From Candidatus Woesearchaeota archaeon (GTDB taxonomy: Archaea > Nanobdellota > Nanobdellia > SCGC-AAA011-G17 > ARS1403): a DNA stretch of 64,000 nt. Of the stretch, positions 1 through 9,568 are shown piece after piece; within the stretch, counting starts at the first letter, position 1, and each line of letters starts with the position of its first letter. Made by a program: the position numbers and the translations under genes. The stretch lies in the NCBI GenBank assembly GCA_016188065.1, contig JACPIN010000020.1, positions 764 to 64,763 of the forward strand, read 5' to 3'. Below the pieces are notes generated by a model. It was not told the origin of the DNA. It was given only the letters and a program-made list of their open reading frames with translations, and ran no database searches.

Positions 1-1143
1 TTATACGAAGGAAAACCGATAGATGGAATAATGGGGGTTAGCTTCAAAAATAAAGAAGGAAAAGCTATTCACAATCCTCAGAGAGAATTAGAGCCTTTAG
101 ATAATTTTCCAAGAATGCCTTATGAATTAATTCCAGAAGAGAAATTAATAAGAAGCGTTGCTGAGATGGATACTAGAGTTATAGATTATTTTTCAAGCCA
201 AGGCTGCCCTTACAGGTGTGAGTTCTGCGCTGACCCAGATGTTTACAAAAGGAGAACCACCCTACATAGTGCTGAAAGAGTTTTGAATGATATACAATTT
301 TTGGTTAATAAGTATAAAATTAACTGCGTTGTCTGCACAGATACTAATTTTTTCATAAATGAAAGAAGGATTCAAGATATTTGCAGAGGCTTGATTGAAA
401 GAGGGATAAAGATTAAATGGGGCAGCTTGAATATCAGAAGTGACCAGTTCTTGAGGTTAAAAGAAGAGACAGTTGAATTGATGGAAAAAGTTCATTTCTA
501 TAGTTTCTTGAATGGAGCTGAATCAGGTGACCAAGAAATTTTGGACTTGATTAAAAAAGATTCCACTGTTGAAAACACAATCAATATGGCCAAGAGGTGC
601 AAGAAGTACGGGTTCAAGGTTTACTTCTCATTCATTATAGGGATGCCATTAATTCCAAATAATGGAAGGACAAGCAAGGATATTGTAAAGCGAGAGTTTG
701 ATGCCCTTGTAAATATTTTAGATAAAATAATATCCATTGAAAAGGGTCATAGTTTTTACTTGTCTATGTATACTCCTTATCCTGGCTCTCCATTGTATCA
801 GAATGCATTGAAACTTGGATTCAAAGATCCTAAGAGTTTAGAGGAATGGGGGGATTTTACATTCGATAAAATAAATGTTCCTTGGATTCCAAAAGGTTAT
901 ATCCAGAAAGTTGACCAGCTTGAAGAATTATTTCTACCTTTCTTAACTGGGCATATCTATAAGAAATTCAAGAACTATGGAATGCTTGGAAAGATTGCTA
1001 AGCCTGGAGCCCAGTTAATTGGAAAAATTGTAGAATACAGGTGGAAAAATAGAAAATTTGGTTATCCAATTGAATATCACTTGTTAAAAAATGGGAAGAG
1101 ATTGATGAGGGCTTTGTATCCTAGAATCGGTTATAAGGATTAG
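1..1143 (+). CDS. B12-binding (class B) radical SAM protein, 5' partial
   Basis: Reading frame is open to the window start. CPYRCEFC is a CxxxCxxC radical-SAM cluster only ~60 aa into the visible part, so the cobalamin-binding N-domain must lie upstream. Confidence 0.7.
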   Translation, partial: LYEGKPIDGIMGVSFKNKEGKAIHNPQRELEPLDNFPRMPYELIPEEKLIRSVAEMDTRVIDYFSSQGCPYRCEFCADPDVYKRRTTLHSAERVLNDIQFLVNKYKINCVVCTDTNFFINERRIQDICRGLIERGIKIKWGSLNIRSDQFLRLKEETVELMEKVHFYSFLNGAESGDQEILDLIKKDSTVENTINMAKRCKKYGFKVYFSFIIGMPLIPNNGRTSKDIVKREFDALVNILDKIISIEKGHSFYLSMYTPYPGSPLYQNALKLGFKDPKSLEEWGDFTFDKINVPWIPKGYIQKVDQLEELFLPFLTGHIYKKFKNYGMLGKIAKPGAQLIGKIVEYRWKNRKFGYPIEYHLLKNGKRLMRALYPRIGYKD

Positions 1144-1178
1144 ATAAGTTTATAATTATTTTTTTAAATTATTTTTTT

Positions 1179-2195
1179 ATGAAAGTTATCGTTTATGCTG
1201 AAGATCCTAATCTTAACTATCTTAAAGGTCTTAATCTTTTAGATAAAAATAAAAAAATTGAATTAGAATTAATAAATTCTCGGTTATTTTCTTCTATGAT
1301 GTCATTTATCAAGGGAAAAATTTCTATTAAAGAACTAATAAAGATATTTTTTGCACCAATCAGAATCCTGTTTTGCAAAAATATTATTGTCTCTACAGGC
1401 CCATATGGAAAGAAAGTTTATTATTTTTTATTATTGAAATTGCTTGGGAAAAATTTAATTTATTATAACTCTTGGCCTTACTGGAATGATAAGGATAAAT
1501 ACATCAACAATCCCGGACTATTCGGCAGATTTTTCTGGAAAATTTTTTTGAAAGACCTGAAAGTGCCTACAGTAACACATTTTGGAGTTGATGAGGTTAA
1601 AAAACTTGGAGCTAGAGGATACTATAAACCCCAGTGCATTGATCCAGAGATATTTAAAGATAAAAATTACAAAAGGGAGAAAAAAGTGGTTTTGTTTGTA
1701 GGAAGATTGATAGAAGAGAAAGGGATTTTTGGAATACTAGAAGTTGCTTCAAGATTGAAAGAGATTGAATTCTGGTTCGTCGGTGATGGTCCTCTTAAGG
1801 ATAAGATAAAAGGGGAAAATATAAAATACCTAGGAACTAAAACTCGAGAAGAATTAGTTGAGTTGTATAATAAAGCGACAATTTTTGTTCTGAATAGCTA
1901 TTCTGCAACTAATAGCAGATGGGAAGAATGGTTTGGCATTTCATTAGTTGAGGCTATGAGTTGTGGCTTACCAGTTGTATCTACTGATTGCATCGGCCCG
2001 AGAGAAATAATAAAAGAGGGAGTAAATGGATTTTTAATACCACAGAAAGATAATGATTCATTAAGAAATAAGATTGTTGAGCTAATAGAAACCAAAAAAT
2101 TGAGAGAGACATTTAGAAAAAATGGGAAAGAAAGTATAAAAGAATATAACGTAACTAATTTGTCTAAGATATGGTATAACTTGCTTCTGGAATGA
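1179..2195 (+). CDS. GT-B fold glycosyltransferase (GT4-like)
   Basis: C-terminal EAMSCGLPVVSTD plus GxNGFL motif typical of the GT1/GT4 donor-binding domain. Confidence 0.7.
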   Translation: MKVIVYAEDPNLNYLKGLNLLDKNKKIELELINSRLFSSMMSFIKGKISIKELIKIFFAPIRILFCKNIIVSTGPYGKKVYYFLLLKLLGKNLIYYNSWPYWNDKDKYINNPGLFGRFFWKIFLKDLKVPTVTHFGVDEVKKLGARGYYKPQCIDPEIFKDKNYKREKKVVLFVGRLIEEKGIFGILEVASRLKEIEFWFVGDGPLKDKIKGENIKYLGTKTREELVELYNKATIFVLNSYSATNSRWEEWFGISLVEAMSCGLPVVSTDCIGPREIIKEGVNGFLIPQKDNDSLRNKIVELIETKKLRETFRKNGKESIKEYNVTNLSKIWYNLLLE

Positions 2196-2230
2196 TTAAT
2201 TTTAAAAACTTTCATTTTAGCTTTTAAAAC

Positions 2231-4102
2231 ATGGTAGGAATTACTGGATATCTTGGAATCAAAGATAAAACCTTGTTGAATAAAATGATAGATTCCTTGA
2301 GATATACTAACAAAGAATTGTCAGATATTTATGGAAGCAGAGAGATATCCATTTCAAGAGTACATCATGGAATTATTGACTCTGAAAAACAACCTATATT
2401 CAACGAGGATAAATCTATTTTTATTGTGATGGAAGGAGAGGTATTTGATTATGAAAATGAAAAAAATGACCTCATTAAAAAAGGCCATAAGTTTAAGCTA
2501 AAAAATAATAGTGCTGAGTTTTGCTTACATCTCTATGAAGAATATGGTGATGATACCTTCGAAAAATTAAATGGAAGCTTTTTGATTACTCTATACGATT
2601 TAAAAAATAAAGAACTTATCTTTGTTACTGATAAACTTGGCTGGTATCCCTTTTTTTATTACATTAACGATAAGAAATTTATTTTTGGTACACAGATGTC
2701 AAGCATATTGCAAGATGGTGAATTTGAAAGGCATTTAAATATAGATTCAATTCATGAATTTTTCACTTTTCAAAGGGTCTTCGGCGATAACACTTTCTAT
2801 AAGAATATTAAGATTTCCTTGCCAGCTACAATTATGAAGATTAAAAGTTATAAAATAAAAACAAAATGCTATTGGAAGATGGATTTTACCTCAGAAGAAC
2901 ATGATGAAGATTACTGGGCTGATGAGTTAGCAAGTGCCTTAAAAAAGGCTATAAATATTAGATTGAATAAAAGAGACTATAAGTTTGGAATCCTTCTAGG
3001 CGGAGGGCTGGATGCTAGAGCTATACTTGCTGGGGCAGATAAAAATGTTACTTGTTTTACTTATGGCACTTATAAAAATAATGAATTTACTTTTGGGGAT
3101 ATGACTGCAAAAATAAAGAAGTCAAAACATGTTTTCTTTCAAATTGATAAGAATCATTTTGCTAATTTGGCTGATGTTTCTATCCGTATTGGTGATGGCA
3201 TGCATCCTTTTATCCATGCTCCATGGATAGGATATTTTGAGGAGATTAAAAAAGATTGCAATGTGTTACTGCATGGGTTTTCTTTTGACATTCTTTTTAG
3301 GGGATTGTTTGTCCCCATGGAGAGGAGATCATTTTTAGGAAGAAATGTTTCAATCAGAAGTATTGATTACACATGGGCTGAAAATAATTTCCTTGATAAG
3401 CTAATTAAAGAAGCGAATTATGGACTGCAAGGCTTAAATCCAGCTCAACTATTTAAAGATAAAAACAATGTCAATAATAATTTGAAGGAAAACTTTACAA
3501 AAGTCCTGGAATCTAGGGAAAATGGCATTAAAAATTTATATGACAGAGTGGATCATTTCTGGATCGACTCACTTTATAGATATCCTTCATTCTTGAATGT
3601 ATCTTGTATAAGGCCTTTTGTCGATGAGATGCTTGTAACTATAGACCCATTATTACTTGATGTCTATCTTAGAATGCCGCCAGAAGCAAGAATCAATGAC
3701 AGAATTTGGAAAAAAACTCTGATAAAATTAAACAAAGACGTTGGAGAAGTTCCTGATGCTAAAACCGGGTTTTCCCCATTGCTGCCAAAATCACTAGAAC
3801 ATGGAATTGTGCTTTCAAGAAAATTGGCTCACAAAATTATGTATAAGATTTTAAATAAGATTAATCCAAAACAAAGAAAAGAGTCTAACTTTGCCGAGTT
3901 AATAAGATATAATAAAAAATTTAGAGAGAAGATGTACAACATAATCAATGATCCAAAAGCAATTAACCCAAAGATATTTGATGTTGAAAATATTAATAAA
4001 ATGTTTAAGCTGCATATTAATGGAAAAGAGGATCATAATACTGCTTTCTTTATTGCATTACTAACATTCGGGAGATGGCATAAAATTTACGGACCTACTT
4101 GA
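2231..4102 (+). CDS. asparagine synthetase B-like protein lacking the N-terminal Cys nucleophile
   Basis: N-domain aligns with AsnB (MVGITGY vs MCGIAG; HLYEEYGDD; KLGWYPFFYY). PP-loop region is LGGGLDARAI versus SGGLDS. An in-frame stop lies immediately upstream of the Met-Val start. Confidence 0.65.
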   Translation: MVGITGYLGIKDKTLLNKMIDSLRYTNKELSDIYGSREISISRVHHGIIDSEKQPIFNEDKSIFIVMEGEVFDYENEKNDLIKKGHKFKLKNNSAEFCLHLYEEYGDDTFEKLNGSFLITLYDLKNKELIFVTDKLGWYPFFYYINDKKFIFGTQMSSILQDGEFERHLNIDSIHEFFTFQRVFGDNTFYKNIKISLPATIMKIKSYKIKTKCYWKMDFTSEEHDEDYWADELASALKKAINIRLNKRDYKFGILLGGGLDARAILAGADKNVTCFTYGTYKNNEFTFGDMTAKIKKSKHVFFQIDKNHFANLADVSIRIGDGMHPFIHAPWIGYFEEIKKDCNVLLHGFSFDILFRGLFVPMERRSFLGRNVSIRSIDYTWAENNFLDKLIKEANYGLQGLNPAQLFKDKNNVNNNLKENFTKVLESRENGIKNLYDRVDHFWIDSLYRYPSFLNVSCIRPFVDEMLVTIDPLLLDVYLRMPPEARINDRIWKKTLIKLNKDVGEVPDAKTGFSPLLPKSLEHGIVLSRKLAHKIMYKILNKINPKQRKESNFAELIRYNKKFREKMYNIINDPKAINPKIFDVENINKMFKLHINGKEDHNTAFFIALLTFGRWHKIYGPT

Positions 4103-4882
4103 AATAAGGCTTGAACAGAAAACTCCATGGCTTTATACCGGCTTTAACTTCTCTATACATAATTATTGCTGTCAATATAGGCAAAATTGCACCATAGATA
4201 ATCAGGATTATATCCAGTGAGCTGAAGATTGCTGCTATCAAGAAGAGATATCTTGAATTAGCACCTTGTATTACTGTAAAAATTAATCTGAATAAATTTC
4301 TTAAAAATGATTTTTTATATTGTGTATGTTTTTCATTGGGTATTGGAACGGATTTATCTATTGATATGTGCGGTGATTTTCCTTGTGCACATTCTACAAG
4401 TTTAGAAAATATTACCTCATGTTTTAGGTACTGGATTATTCCATTATAGAAACTGAAGAATATAGCAGAGATTCCAAAAATTAAAACCAGTATATCAAAG
4501 TGATTTTGCATTACTCCAATTGTGACTCCGGCAAATACCAGTGGCATAATGATTACTTCTGATAAAGAGTCCAAAAACAAACCATCTAGTGAAGTAGCTT
4601 TTTTATATCTTGCCAATTCTCCATCTACTTGATCAATAACGATCATCAACTCGAATGGGACTATTGCAAGGATTGAAAATAGATAATTATTCATTGCAAA
4701 GAAAAAAGCTACTAATACATTAAAAAATAATAAAGAGAGCGTTACTTGATTGGGGGTTATTTGTGTGTTTATAAGTAATCGCGTTATATATATTGAAGAA
4801 CTTTTCCCCTTAAAGTACCAAAATCGTGCATTTCTGAAGGTTTCTGACAGATCTCTCTTAGCTCTTTTATTGTTGGAGACAT
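4095..4882 (-). CDS. CDP-alcohol phosphatidyltransferase family protein, interrupted by a frameshift near 4803-4810
   Basis: DG-x2-AR-x8-G-x3-D-x3-E motif (DGELARYKKATSLDGLFLDSLSE). The upstream open frame encodes the family-typical ITPNQVTL N-terminus without an ATG. An ATG at 4882 in the adjacent frame (MSPTIKEL...LRGK) joins after a 1-nt shift in a GGGGAAAA run. Confidence 0.6.
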
Positions 4883-4933
4883 GGAATAAACTTAGCCGTT
4901 AGTTATTTAAGATTTGCTAATGAAGAATAAAAG

Positions 4934-5884
4934 ATGGTAGATAGTATTATCTGCAATAGCATAAAAAACCTTGAGTTGAAAGAAGGGAGGGGAACTGCGA
5001 TTGCTCACCATGGCGAGATCCTGCAAGGAATGTTTGAAGACGCAGGAAAATTATTCAGGGGATCAGTTACTTTACCATGCCACATCTTTGGATCACAAGC
5101 TAGTTTTTTCCCTAAAAAAAATTCTTCTAAAATTGTTGTTGATCCTGAATGGAAAATAAAATCTAAAAAAGCTGCGGAATTAACCTTAAAATCTTTGGGT
5201 GTTGAGGACATAGGAGGTAGATTAATGATTAAAAGCAATACCCCTTTGAGACTAGGTCTTGGCTCTTCCACTAGTGATGTAAATGCTTCTATTTTGTCTG
5301 TTGCAAATTCCCTTGGTGTTGTGTTATCTCCTGTTACAATTGCAAGCATCGCTGTCAAGGCTGAAATAGCAACTGATGCTATAATATTCGGTGAGAGAGC
5401 TGTTCTCTTCGGACATAGAGATGGAAAAGTATTTGAAGACCTTGGTGGCAATTTCCCTCCAATGGAGGTTCTTGGCTTTAATTCCGATCCAGATGGAGAA
5501 GGAGTTGACACTTTAGCTTTCCCTCCTGCAGAATATTCCTGGCAGGAAATTGAAATGCTTAGACCTTTGGTAGGTTTGATGAGAAGGGCCATTTATGAAC
5601 AGAACCCTAAGCTTATCGGAAGAGTTTCAATTGCAAGTACAGAGATTAATCAAAGATTTTTGCCTACCAAAAATTTTGATAGTATAAAAAATATTGTTCG
5701 AAAAGTTAATGCTGCCGGCTTGCAAGCCTCGCATAGTGGCATAGTTGTAGGGATTATATTTGATTCTAATGACGTTGATAAAGAGCAAAAAATTCATAGG
5801 AGCCTTTCTTTATTAAAAGACATTGGCTATGATAATGTGTGGAGATTCAGAACAGATAAATTACATCTGGAGGCAGGCTTATGA
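4934..5884 (+). CDS. GHMP-family kinase
   Basis: PLRLGLGSSTSDVNAS matches the GHMP ATP-binding motif PxGSGLGSSAA. The length of 316 aa fits the family. Confidence 0.65.
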   Translation: MVDSIICNSIKNLELKEGRGTAIAHHGEILQGMFEDAGKLFRGSVTLPCHIFGSQASFFPKKNSSKIVVDPEWKIKSKKAAELTLKSLGVEDIGGRLMIKSNTPLRLGLGSSTSDVNASILSVANSLGVVLSPVTIASIAVKAEIATDAIIFGERAVLFGHRDGKVFEDLGGNFPPMEVLGFNSDPDGEGVDTLAFPPAEYSWQEIEMLRPLVGLMRRAIYEQNPKLIGRVSIASTEINQRFLPTKNFDSIKNIVRKVNAAGLQASHSGIVVGIIFDSNDVDKEQKIHRSLSLLKDIGYDNVWRFRTDKLHLEAGL

Positions 5885-6921
5885 AAAACAGATTAGCTTA
5901 CGATAATATTATTGATTTTGTAGAGCTGCCAAAAATAATTAAATTGGATGATAACCTGTATGGCAGTGCCTTCTTCCTGATGAAATTAATGCCTGCGAGG
6001 TTTATATTAGAGAGAGCTGAAAGGGAAGGCATTTTGAAACCTGGATCTTTGGTTGCTGAAACTACATCCGGAACATTCGGCCTGGCTTTAGCTATGCTAT
6101 GTTCTCTAAAAAGTTACAAATTTATTATGGTAACTGATCCTGTTGTCGATGATGCTTTAAAAAGAAGAATCGAAGATTTAGGCGCTGTTGTTGAGATTGT
6201 TCAAAAACCTGCCGATATCGGTGGTTATCAGCGATCCAGGCTTGATAAATTAGTGGAGATTTTAAAAAAAAATTCTGGAAGCTTTTGCCCTAGCCAATAT
6301 GAAAACACAAACAATCCTGCAGGATATTCAAAGTTTGCTGAAATATTAACTGAATCAGTAGGACATATAGATTGTTTAGTCGGCACTGTCGGTTCTGGTG
6401 GATCTGTCTGCGGTACCAGTAAATATTTAAGACAATTGTTCCCAGATCTGCATGTTGTCGGAGTTGATACCTTGGGAAGCGTAATTTTTGGACAACCTGA
6501 TCAGAAAAGATTGTTGCGAGGTCTTGGAAATAGTTTATGGCCTGATAATGTCGATCATACTGTTTTTAATGAGGTTCATTGGGTAAGCGCTGCTGAGGCT
6601 TTCTTGGCTACTAGAATGCTGCATAGAAAACATGCTTTATTTATGGGAGGAACAAGTGGCGCTGCATATATGGTTGCAAAATGGTGGGCAGAAAAAAATC
6701 CTTGTAAAATCGTTGTATGTATCTTTCCAGATGAAGGATATAGGTATCAAGACACAATATACAATGATAGATGGCTTGAAGAAAATAATGTAAAACTTGA
6801 CAAACTTCCTAATAACCCCATTGAAGTAAAAAATCCGATAGATGCGAAAGCTCAATGGTCTTGTATTGGCTGGAATAGAAGAGATTATGAGAATGTCGTT
6901 GGCAAACATAAAGGAACATGA
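5881..6921 (+). CDS. PLP-dependent fold-type II enzyme, cysteine synthase / SbnA-like
   Basis: AETTSGTFGLALAMLCSLKSYKFIMVTDP and GTVGSGGSVCGT glycine-rich PLP-phosphate loop. Its ATGA start overlaps the upstream kinase stop. Confidence 0.65.
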   Translation: MKNRLAYDNIIDFVELPKIIKLDDNLYGSAFFLMKLMPARFILERAEREGILKPGSLVAETTSGTFGLALAMLCSLKSYKFIMVTDPVVDDALKRRIEDLGAVVEIVQKPADIGGYQRSRLDKLVEILKKNSGSFCPSQYENTNNPAGYSKFAEILTESVGHIDCLVGTVGSGGSVCGTSKYLRQLFPDLHVVGVDTLGSVIFGQPDQKRLLRGLGNSLWPDNVDHTVFNEVHWVSAAEAFLATRMLHRKHALFMGGTSGAAYMVAKWWAEKNPCKIVVCIFPDEGYRYQDTIYNDRWLEENNVKLDKLPNNPIEVKNPIDAKAQWSCIGWNRRDYENVVGKHKGT

Positions 6922-8120
6922 AACCCTATTTTGTTTTTATTGAAAGCAACACTTCTGGAACTGGAAGAATATTCGCTCAAGCTGCTAAAGATAAAGGATT
7001 CAATCCAGTGTTGTTAGCTGGAGACATTTCTAGGTACCATTATGCTAAAGAAGATAACTTAGAGTTTATAAAGGTCAATACTCAAAATGAAACAGATTTA
7101 CTCAACACTTGTAAGAAATTAAAAAATGTTGCAGGTGTTCTTTCCAGCTCAGAATACTTTATTGAAATGGCGGCGATTATTTCTAAAAAATTAAATTTGC
7201 CTGGGGTTAATCCTGATGCAATTAAAAATTGCAGGGACAAAAGCCTTCAGAGAATTATTTTACAAGAAAATAATATCGGAATCCCAAAATTTTATGTCTG
7301 TGAATCTGAAAAAGAATCTGCCGCTGCAAGTAAAAGCATTGGGTACCCTGTTATTGTAAAACCAGTTATGGGTACTGGAAGCGTCGGAGTCAAACTCTGC
7401 ATAAATATTAATGAGGTAGCAGAACATACTAAGCATCTCCTTAAGCAAAAAACAAATGAAAGAGGAATGCCTGTACCACAAAAAGTTCTTGTCGAGGAAT
7501 TTTTAGACGGTGAGGAATACTCTGTTGAAACTTTTGGAGGAAAAATTATCGGGATTACTAAAAAATATGTTGGATCTTTGCCGAACTTTGTTGAGATAGG
7601 CCATGATTTTCCTGCAGATATAGATAGAGATAAAACAAAAAAAATCAATAAAACTACATTGGATGCCCTGGATGCTGTTGGGCTTGACTGTGGACCTGGA
7701 CACGTCGAAGTAAAGTTCGTTTTTGGCGAAGCAAAAATTGTTGAGATCAATCCTAGACTTGCAGGAGGGTTTATCCCTAAACTTGTTGACTATGCTTTTG
7801 GTGTAAACTTAATTAATGAAACGATTAAACTTACCTCTGGAGAAAGAGTAAATTTGGAATCTACAAGAAAGGATTATTCGTCAATCAGATTCATACTCTC
7901 TCCACGCAAGGGCTTATTCTCTAAAGTTGAAGGCTTAGATAACCTTAAAAACAAAAACATAGTTGAGACTTGTATATATAAGAATGAAGGCAATGAAATT
8001 TCAGTCAATGGTGACTTTAGGGATAGGATTGGGCATATAATCTCTTATTCAAAAAATAAGTCAGAGACCATTAGTGCAGCAAATTCTGCTATTAAAAATT
8101 TGAGGGTTATTGTAAAATGA
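6918..8120 (+). CDS. ATP-grasp domain ligase
   Basis: YPVIVKPVMGTGSVGV, EEFLDGEEYSVE and GPGHVEVKF...EINPRLAGG are ATP-grasp motifs. Confidence 0.7.
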   Translation: MKPYFVFIESNTSGTGRIFAQAAKDKGFNPVLLAGDISRYHYAKEDNLEFIKVNTQNETDLLNTCKKLKNVAGVLSSSEYFIEMAAIISKKLNLPGVNPDAIKNCRDKSLQRIILQENNIGIPKFYVCESEKESAAASKSIGYPVIVKPVMGTGSVGVKLCININEVAEHTKHLLKQKTNERGMPVPQKVLVEEFLDGEEYSVETFGGKIIGITKKYVGSLPNFVEIGHDFPADIDRDKTKKINKTTLDALDAVGLDCGPGHVEVKFVFGEAKIVEINPRLAGGFIPKLVDYAFGVNLINETIKLTSGERVNLESTRKDYSSIRFILSPRKGLFSKVEGLDNLKNKNIVETCIYKNEGNEISVNGDFRDRIGHIISYSKNKSETISAANSAIKNLRVIVK

Positions 8121-9568
8121 AAGACACAGGAAGAATTACGAAAGGATTAGATCCAAAGATTGTGGGGATATTATATGGAGATAATCTTGATGAGTTAATT
8201 GATGGTGAAATGGTGTATTCCACTCAAGTTGATAGGGCTCATTTAGTTATGCTAACTAAGGAAAAAATAGTGGATAAAAACAAAGTGAAATTGCTGCTAA
8301 ATGAAATAAATAATCTAAGAGAAAATGAATTTGGACCATTAAGAGGCAAGACTCCACATAGGGGAATATACCTTCTCTATGAAGATTATTTAATCGAGAA
8401 GCTTGGCGAGGATATAGGGGGGGTATTGCAAACCGCAAGGTCAAGAAATGATCTTAATGCAACGATATTGAAATTAAGGCTGAGAGGACATTATAATTCT
8501 ATCATGATGAATTTATTAGAATTACAAAAAATTTTGATTGAAAAATCAAACCAGTTTAAAGATGTAATCATGCCGGCATATACTCACTTTCAGGCAGCAG
8601 TTCCAATAACTTATGGACATTACCTTGCTGGAATCGCTAGTGCAATAGACCGAGATATAGAGAACATAATAGCCAGTAGCAAGGGATTGCAATATTGCCC
8701 CCTCGGAGCTGGCGCGGTTGGCGGGACTTCTTTTCCTATAGACTCTAAATTAACTGCAAAATTGCTTGGCTTCTTTTATGAAGTGGAAAATTCTGTGGAT
8801 GCTGTGGCTTCCAGGGATCTTGTATTGAGATTACTATCAGCGACGTCAATTGCAGGAATCACGATAAGCAGATTAGCAACAGATTATTTACTATGGACCA
8901 CTTCAGAGTTTAATTTTCTATCATTTCCAGATAAACTTGTTGGGTCTAGTTCTATGATGCCTAACAAAAGGAATATCTTTATCCTTGAAAACATCCAAGG
9001 TAAATCCGGTTTTGCTTTGGGACAGTTCATCTCTTCTTCAAATGCAATGCAATGCAAGCCTTACACTAACTCCATTTCTGTTGGTACTGAGGGCGTTAAA
9101 AGTATCTGGAAACCTTTAGAAGAAAGTATTGCAGCAATAATCTTGATGACAAATATGGTAGAGAATGCAACTCCTAATAAAGAAAATATGTTAAGAAAAT
9201 CACTTGATGGGTATACTTTTGCAACTGAAACTGCTAATGAGCTTGTAAGGCAACATGGAATGTCATTCAGATCTGCCCATTATCTTGTTGGAAAAATTGT
9301 TAAAGAATCAATTGAAAACAAAGAACCCTTTAAAGATGCTGCTAAAAGAATATTAAATGAATCAAACAAAAACCTTTCATTTGATAATTTTGAAATGGAA
9401 AGGATTGTAATGAATTCTAGGTTTGGTGGAGGTCCCGGTAGATCTTCATTAAAAATTCTTAATAAAAAACTAATAAGATATAAAAGACATTTTGAAAAAG
9501 ATTTAAAATATTGGGCTAAGTCTGATAAGGTCTTAGAGAGAGAAATAAAAAAAATCTGTGGGTCTTGA
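8117..9568 (+). CDS. fumarate-lyase superfamily enzyme, argininosuccinate/adenylosuccinate lyase-like
   Basis: Superfamily signature GSSSMMPNKRN (GSxxMxxKxN). ARSRNDLNAT resembles the ArgH GRSRNDQ motif. Confidence 0.7.
   Translation: MKDTGRITKGLDPKIVGILYGDNLDELIDGEMVYSTQVDRAHLVMLTKEKIVDKNKVKLLLNEINNLRENEFGPLRGKTPHRGIYLLYEDYLIEKLGEDIGGVLQTARSRNDLNATILKLRLRGHYNSIMMNLLELQKILIEKSNQFKDVIMPAYTHFQAAVPITYGHYLAGIASAIDRDIENIIASSKGLQYCPLGAGAVGGTSFPIDSKLTAKLLGFFYEVENSVDAVASRDLVLRLLSATSIAGITISRLATDYLLWTTSEFNFLSFPDKLVGSSSMMPNKRNIFILENIQGKSGFALGQFISSSNAMQCKPYTNSISVGTEGVKSIWKPLEESIAAIILMTNMVENATPNKENMLRKSLDGYTFATETANELVRQHGMSFRSAHYLVGKIVKESIENKEPFKDAAKRILNESNKNLSFDNFEMERIVMNSRFGGGPGRSSLKILNKKLIRYKRHFEKDLKYWAKSDKVLEREIKKICGS

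Noticed and set aside
1898-2215. Numerous short ORFs antisense to or nested in long genes (e.g. 1898-2215, 5005-5592, 6637-6909, 7292-7750, 10798-11082, 11490-11900, 16157-16495, 20153-20569, 53563-53886)
   Set aside because: They lie fully inside well-supported longer CDS on the opposite strand or in another frame. They have low-complexity AT-codon composition and no motifs. Treated as spurious.
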